64,000 bases of DNA from Hydrocarboniphaga sp. GTDB taxonomy: Bacteria; Pseudomonadota; Gammaproteobacteria; Nevskiales; Nevskiaceae. The stretch spans positions 4,271,322 to 4,335,321 of the forward strand of contig NZ_OZ257125.1 in NCBI RefSeq assembly GCF_965279055.1. The letters are read 5' to 3'. Under the pieces are notes generated by a model. It had not been told where the DNA came from, searched no databases, and saw nothing but the letters and a program-made list of their open reading frames with translations. Positions 58,941-64,000 of the stretch are shown here, piece by piece (within the stretch, counting starts at the first letter, position 1; each line of letters begins with the position of its first letter). Both the position numbers and the translations under genes were made by a program.

Positions 58941-60194
58941 CTAGACGTTCCAGACCAGGTTCAGCGTGCTGACGCCGACGACGTGGCCGCAGTGGAAAGT
59001 CGGCGGCGTCGCCGGGTCGATGCGAAACTGCGGCAGCCGCGCCAGCATTTCCTCGTAGACGATCTGCAGCTCGACGCGCGCCAGGTGCGAGCCCAGGCAG
59101 CGGTGCGGGCCGGCGTTGAACGCGATGTGAGTCTTGTTCTCGCGCTTCAGGTCGTAGGTATCAGCGCCCGGGAACACTTTCGGGTCGAGATCGGCGGCCG
59201 GCAGGAACAGCATCGCGCGTTCGCCGCGCTTCATGTCCAGGCCCATGAAGCTCATGTCTTTCTTGACGAAGCGCGGCGGCACCGTGAACGTGTAGCGGCG
59301 CAGCATTTCCTCGGTGGCGTCGCCGACCAGCTCGGGATTCTTGCGCAGCTCGTCCTGCAGCGGCAGGTCGCTGGCGAAATGGCGGATGCCGTGGCCGATG
59401 CCGTTCATCACCGTGTCCAGCCCGGCGAGGAACAGCAGCACCATGTAATTCTCCATGTCGTCCATCGTCGTCGGCTTGCCGTCGATTTCCGCCTTCCACA
59501 GCATGCTGATGATGTCGTCTTTCGGCGCATCCTTGCGTGCGATCACATCGTCGCGCAGCAGCGCGGTGATCCTCCACAGCTTCTTGATGCTGTCCATCGG
59601 ATCCGGCGTCGGATCGGACATGTGCTCGGCGACCAGCGCGCGGTATTCCTCCATGCGCGACACCGGCAGGCCGAGCATCTTCAGGAACACCACCACCGGC
59701 AGCGGCTCGGCGATCGCGCTCATGAACTCGCACCGGCCCTGCGCCGCGACCTTGTCGATCAGCTCGCCGGCGAGCTGGCGGATGCTGTCCTTCAGATCGT
59801 TGATGGTCTTGGGCGAGAACACGCGCTGCAGCGGCATGCGGTACTTGCCGTGATCCGGCGGATCGATGTTGATCGGTAGCGGTAGCGGAATGTGCGGCGT
59901 CCCCGGCGGCATCCGCGACGACATCGCCTTGAGCTCGTCCGGCGTCGCAAAGCCATTCGAGAAACCGTCCGTGTCACGCGAGGCATTGAAGTTGGCCTCG
60001 TGGCTGATCAGCATCCAGTGGCCGCCGTTGCGCGGCGTCCAGAATACCGGCGGCGCGTTCCTGACCAGGTCGAGCACGCGCTTGTGCGGATCGGCGACAT
60101 AGGCCGGGTCCTTGAACATGTCGAAGTCGTACACCGCCGCGTCGGCGACGTGGGCGGGCTTCGGGACGGCGGGGCTCAGGGCTGCGTTCGTCAT
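58941..60194 (-). CDS. Cytochrome P450 (CYP101-like)
   Basis: DPPDH, I-helix LAGLDTV, EEMLRR, heme motif FNAGPHRCLG; ATG 60194. Confidence 0.92.
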   Translation of the reverse strand: MTNAALSPAVPKPAHVADAAVYDFDMFKDPAYVADPHKRVLDLVRNAPPVFWTPRNGGHWMLISHEANFNASRDTDGFSNGFATPDELKAMSSRMPPGTPHIPLPLPINIDPPDHGKYRMPLQRVFSPKTINDLKDSIRQLAGELIDKVAAQGRCEFMSAIAEPLPVVVFLKMLGLPVSRMEEYRALVAEHMSDPTPDPMDSIKKLWRITALLRDDVIARKDAPKDDIISMLWKAEIDGKPTTMDDMENYMVLLFLAGLDTVMNGIGHGIRHFASDLPLQDELRKNPELVGDATEEMLRRYTFTVPPRFVKKDMSFMGLDMKRGERAMLFLPAADLDPKVFPGADTYDLKRENKTHIAFNAGPHRCLGSHLARVELQIVYEEMLARLPQFRIDPATPPTFHCGHVVGVSTLNLVWNV

Positions 60195-60241
60195 CTTGAA
60201 AACTCTCCAGCTTTTGTTTGGCGCGCTTGCATGTTGGTGGA

Positions 60242-61054
60242 TCAGCCGCCCATCAGCGAGCGGATGTCGATCTGGCCGGTGGCCAGGCCGGCCATGAAAC
60301 CGCCGTCGACATAGAAGCACAGGCCGTTGACGTAGGTCGCTGCATCGCTGTTGAGGAAAGCCAGCGGACCGGCCTGCTCCTCGGGCGTCGAGCGGCGGTT
60401 GATCGGCTGCGCCGCGGCCTCCAGCACCGAGGCCTTACTGGCCGATTCGAAGTGCGCCATCATCGGCGTCTGCGTCGGGCCGGGCATCGTGCAGTTGATG
60501 CGGATGCCCTTCTTGATCAGGCTCTGCGACATCAGCATGGTCCAGGCGATGACCAGTTCCTTGGAGAACGAATAGCCTTCGCGCACCGTGTCCGGATTCT
60601 CTTCGCACCATTTCATGAACGCGTCGAAGCCCTGGATGCCGATCGCCTGCATCAGCACCGGAATGCGCCGGCTCCAGCCGAGGCCGCCGTTGCTGGAGAT
60701 GCTGGCGATGGCGCCGCCGGAAGACATCAGCGGCAGCATCTTCTCGGTCAGGTGACGCGTGCCGGCGAAATTGACTTTCATCACGTCCAGCGCCGGGAAG
60801 GTTTGCGGCAGGCCGGCGCAGTTGAACAGCGCATCGACCTTGCCGCCGATTTTCGCCACCGCGGCGTCGATCGACGCCGGGTCACGCAGGTCGACGTTGT
60901 TGAACGAGGCCAGGCTCAGCTGGGTCTGCTTGTAGTCCAGGCCGTGCACTTCGGCGCCCAACGACAGCAGCAGCTTGGCCGTGGCCTCGCCCATGCCGGA
61001 GAAACAGCCGCTGACGACGACCCGCTTGCCCTTATATCCGAGAAACTCGCTCAT
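60242..61054 (-). CDS. SDR, coniferyl-alcohol-dehydrogenase/3alpha-HSD-like
   Basis: SGCFSGMG, FNCAGL, YSFSK, PGPTQTPM. Confidence 0.82.
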   Translation of the reverse strand: MSEFLGYKGKRVVVSGCFSGMGEATAKLLLSLGAEVHGLDYKQTQLSLASFNNVDLRDPASIDAAVAKIGGKVDALFNCAGLPQTFPALDVMKVNFAGTRHLTEKMLPLMSSGGAIASISSNGGLGWSRRIPVLMQAIGIQGFDAFMKWCEENPDTVREGYSFSKELVIAWTMLMSQSLIKKGIRINCTMPGPTQTPMMAHFESASKASVLEAAAQPINRRSTPEEQAGPLAFLNSDAATYVNGLCFYVDGGFMAGLATGQIDIRSLMGG

Positions 61055-61129
61055 CTGGCGCTCCTGCCTTCGCTAAGGTTTTTTTAGATCAATTTTTGTG
61101 ACGCCGGACGGCCGGGGCCGCCATGCCGC

Positions 61130-61324
61130 CTATTCTTCTTCGATGAAGATGATGCGTTCCGGGCAGGCGCGCGCGCCGCGCTTGGCGAGCTGCTCCTGGC
61201 CTTCGGGCACGTCGACATGATCGACCGCGATGTAGCCGTCGTCGTTCAATGGAAACAGCGCTTCCGACACGTGCGCACAACGCGCGTTGCCGACGCAGGC
61301 TGCTTTCTCGATGCGGATCTTCAT
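61130..61324 (-). CDS. [3Fe-4S]-type ferredoxin
   Basis: 64 aa, CVGNARC...CPERII. Confidence 0.88.
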   Translation of the reverse strand: MKIRIEKAACVGNARCAHVSEALFPLNDDGYIAVDHVDVPEGQEQLAKRGARACPERIIFIEEE

Positions 61325-61491
61325 GGTTCTTCCTCCTGACGCTGTTTGAGTTTTCGCGTCTGATTTTGTCGTCGGGCAACAGGCCGGTCCAGCGGTGACG
61401 GACTGCCTCCACGGCGGCGGACGCGGGGCCTGTCGTCGGCTACATTGTATTTGCTGAGCCTGCTAAGTGAATGTATCCTAGAATCGCTGTA

Positions 61492-61507
61492 CCAACAACA
61501 GTGTCGA
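61492..61507. promoter_or_regulatory. Candidate operator RACA-N4-TGTY
   Basis: ccAACAacagTGTCga in the divergent region; shares 14 bp with the reverse complement of the 42774 site. Confidence 0.65.
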
Positions 61508-61741
61508 CCAGTCAAAGCCGCCCGTCACGGCCCGGTGCAGACAATTAATTGCACCAGGCGGCAAGCCGCCTTGTCCTGTGCAACGGCGGCTGATGACGTT
61601 CATGATCGACTGTGTTGATCATGACGCTGCGCCGGTCGACACCGCGCAGGGAATACAGGCACCGGCGGATCGCAAGACCGGCGCCACTAGCGACGTAGCG
61701 GCCGCCACCGGCCGCGCGAACGATGGAGGAGCAGCAAACGC

Positions 61742-62512
61742 ATGAGCGGTGCATCGCCAGGTTTCGATCTGCACGGGAAGCTGAGCCTGGTCACCGGCGG
61801 CGGCGGCGGTATCGGCTGCGGCATCGCGCTGACGCTGGCGCAGGCCGGTGCCAGGCTGCTGATCGCCGATCGTGACGAAGCCGCCGCGGCACGCAGTGTC
61901 GAGTCGCTGCGCCAGCAGGGCCACGAAGCCGATGCGGTGATCCTCGATCTCGCCGACGAGGCCTCGGTGGTCGCGGCCTGCGCCGATCTGCTGCGCCGTC
62001 ATGGCACGCCGTGGCTGCTGGTCAACAACGCCGGCCTGCAGGATCGCGAGTTGCTGCTGGACACGCGCAGCAGCGAATGGGACCGGATGATGGCGGTCAA
62101 CGCGCGCGGGCCGATGCTGATGACACGCGAGATCGCGCGCGCGATGGTCGACGCCGGCAGCGGCGGCCGTATCGTCAACATCGCGTCGAACAGCGCGCGC
62201 GTGCCCTCGGTCAAAGGCCTGGGCTCGTATGCCGCATCCAAGGGCGCACTGCTGGCGCTGAGCCTGAGCAGCGCGTTCGAGCTGGTCGAGCATGGCATCA
62301 CCGTCAACAGCGTGCTGCCGGGTGGCGTGATCACGCCGGGCGCGATGGCCGCACGCGGGCCGGCAACCGAAGGACCGGGCCGGCGCAAGCCGCCGCTGGG
62401 CATGTGCGAGCCGCAGGACATCGCCGCCGCCGTGCTGTTCTTCGCCTCGCCCGCGGCGCGCTACGTTACCAACCAGAGCCTCACCGTCGACGCAGGAGCC
62501 TCTCTGACATGA
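61742..62512 (+). CDS. SDR
   Basis: TGGGGGIG, NNAG, YAASK. Confidence 0.9.
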   Translation: MSGASPGFDLHGKLSLVTGGGGGIGCGIALTLAQAGARLLIADRDEAAAARSVESLRQQGHEADAVILDLADEASVVAACADLLRRHGTPWLLVNNAGLQDRELLLDTRSSEWDRMMAVNARGPMLMTREIARAMVDAGSGGRIVNIASNSARVPSVKGLGSYAASKGALLALSLSSAFELVEHGITVNSVLPGGVITPGAMAARGPATEGPGRRKPPLGMCEPQDIAAAVLFFASPAARYVTNQSLTVDAGASLT

Positions 62513-62988
62513 GCACGCAGACCGAACCGATGACCGATCTCGAGAAGATCAGCGCGCATCTGGCGATCAGCCAGGTCAAGGCACGCTACTGCCGCTTTCT
62601 CGACACCAAGGACTGGGATGCTTACGCCGGCCTGTTCACCGAAGACTTCGAACTCGACGTCAGCGAAGGCACCTCGCTGCCGGTGATCCACGGCCGCGAT
62701 GCGGCGCTCCAGCAGATCCGCGCCTCGATCGGCGGCGCACGCACCGCGCACCAGGTGCATGGGCCGGAGATCGAGTTCCTCGGCCGCGACGAGGCACGCG
62801 TGATCTGGGCGATGCAGGACCATTTGCGCTGGGACGCCGAGCGCGTGGCGCGCCTGGGCACGACCGGCCTCACCGGCTATGGTCACTATCACGAGCGCTA
62901 TCGGCGCCAGAAAAACGGCGAATGGAAAATCGCCGCCTCCAGGCTGACTCGCCTGCATCTCGAGATGCACGCCGCGACCAGCACCTGA
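62509..62988 (+). CDS. NTF2/SnoaL-like protein (BaiE/LinA type)
   Basis: KARYCRFLDTKDW, TAHQVHGPEIE, GYGHYHERY....GEWKI; ATG 62509. Confidence 0.85.
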   Translation: MSTQTEPMTDLEKISAHLAISQVKARYCRFLDTKDWDAYAGLFTEDFELDVSEGTSLPVIHGRDAALQQIRASIGGARTAHQVHGPEIEFLGRDEARVIWAMQDHLRWDAERVARLGTTGLTGYGHYHERYRRQKNGEWKIAASRLTRLHLEMHAATST

Positions 62989-63016
62989 GCCACAGCACAA
63001 TCCGGATCACGAGACC

Positions 63017-63781
63017 ATGGCGTTCTACACCACGATTCATCTGCACAACGTGCCGGCCGGCCGCGAAGCCGACTACGCGGCCTGGTTCGACGGCGCGCAC
63101 ATGGACGCGCTACAGCGCCTGCGCGGCCTGCTCACCGCCGAGCGCTACGAGGTGTCGCCGATCCAGATCATGCCGGACATCCCGCAGCCCTGGCGTTACC
63201 TGAGCGTCTACGACTTCGACCTGCCCAGGCCCGCGATCGACCTGCCGGCGCTGGGCCCGCTGATCGACGAGGCGCGAGTCGCCGGCCTGATCGACGACGC
63301 CGACGAGAGCGAACGCCTGTACAGCTACAGGATGTATTCGGACTGGAAAATCAGCCCGAACTGGCAGCGCGACCAGCCGCTGTCGGGCGTCAGCATCATC
63401 CTCGCCAACTACACCATCGGCCGCTTCGCCGAATACCAGGACTGGTACGACAATATCCACAGCGGAGAAGTCATCAACGTGCCCGGCCATGTCGGCATGA
63501 AACGCGGCCAGCTGTCCGAGCTGCAGCTCGAACCCCGGCGCTACTGCCCCGGCGACCAGCTGGTGCTGTGCGCGCAGCAGAGCGACGACCTGCTGTTCAC
63601 AATCCGTGACTTCTCCGCGCGCGCTGGCGGCCGCAGCCCCAGCGGCGTGGCGATGCTGCCGCGCTCGGCCGCGGGTTCGACCGCGCGCACGGTGCACTAC
63701 TTCAACAAGATCAGCGGCGAGCGCTGGAAAGGCGGCATCGCCTACGCCGGCGATCTGTCGGTCTATCCGGACAAGCGCTAG
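63017..63781 (+). CDS. Hypothetical protein with tandem EthD-like barrel domains
   Basis: Two similar halves: GREADYAAWFDGAHMDALQRLRG and GRFAEYQDWYDNIHSGEVINVPG. Confidence 0.7.
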   Translation: MAFYTTIHLHNVPAGREADYAAWFDGAHMDALQRLRGLLTAERYEVSPIQIMPDIPQPWRYLSVYDFDLPRPAIDLPALGPLIDEARVAGLIDDADESERLYSYRMYSDWKISPNWQRDQPLSGVSIILANYTIGRFAEYQDWYDNIHSGEVINVPGHVGMKRGQLSELQLEPRRYCPGDQLVLCAQQSDDLLFTIRDFSARAGGRSPSGVAMLPRSAAGSTARTVHYFNKISGERWKGGIAYAGDLSVYPDKR

Positions 63782-63812
63782 CCCTCACCGAATCGCAACA
63801 GGAGACCCGAAC

Positions 63813-64000
63813 ATGTCCAAGATCATCGTCATCACCGGCGCCGGCGTCGGCCTCGGCCGCGCGCTGGCGCGTCGCTTCGCCAAGGATGGCGACCAGCTGG
63901 TACTGCTGGGCCGCACCTTGTCCAAAGTGCAGGGCGTCGCCGATGAACTCGGCAGCAGTGCGATGGCAGTCGAGTGCGACGTCGCCTCGCCGGAATCGGT
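63813..64000 (+). CDS. SDR, N-terminal part (runs off window end)
   Basis: Own translation MSKIIVITGAGVGLGRALARRF; AGGAG RBS. Confidence 0.85.
   Translation, partial: MSKIIVITGAGVGLGRALARRFAKDGDQLVLLGRTLSKVQGVADELGSSAMAVECDVASPES

Overview
High-GC (about 68% by eye) Gram-negative bacterial DNA, judging from a TonB-dependent receptor and a lipoprotein. The whole window is a dense catabolic island of about 61 genes, with no rRNA, tRNA or CRISPR array. It encodes 9 SDRs, 2 MDRs, a P450, 2 ferredoxins, a Rieske oxygenase fragment, a KstD-like flavoprotein, a heterotetramer-type ACAD pair, 2 acyl-CoA ligases, a thiolase, an Ltp2-like/DUF35 pair, a CoA-transferase, 2 amidohydrolases, 2 sulfotransferases, an alkylsulfatase-like MBL, a TauD dioxygenase, a split 2-oxoacid dehydrogenase, 2 MFS transporters and 5 regulators. 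This suggests degradation of a steroid-, terpenoid- or alicyclic-like substrate (inference). Two observations stand out. (1) A single 543-aa ORF (33630-35261, minus) fuses an IS481-type transposase, eroded but still carrying D142/D201/E236, in frame to a complete TetR regulator: a candidate domesticated transposase-transcription factor. (2) A palindromic motif RACA-N4-TGTY recurs in front of most operons, including the fusion's own divergent promoter, and defines a probable island-wide regulon. Other items are a PQQ-dehydrogenase remnant, three families of REP-like palindromes and several small uncharacterised proteins. All family assignments come from motif recognition by eye, not database searches. 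Many starts were moved from the ORF track to the most plausible RBS-linked codon.
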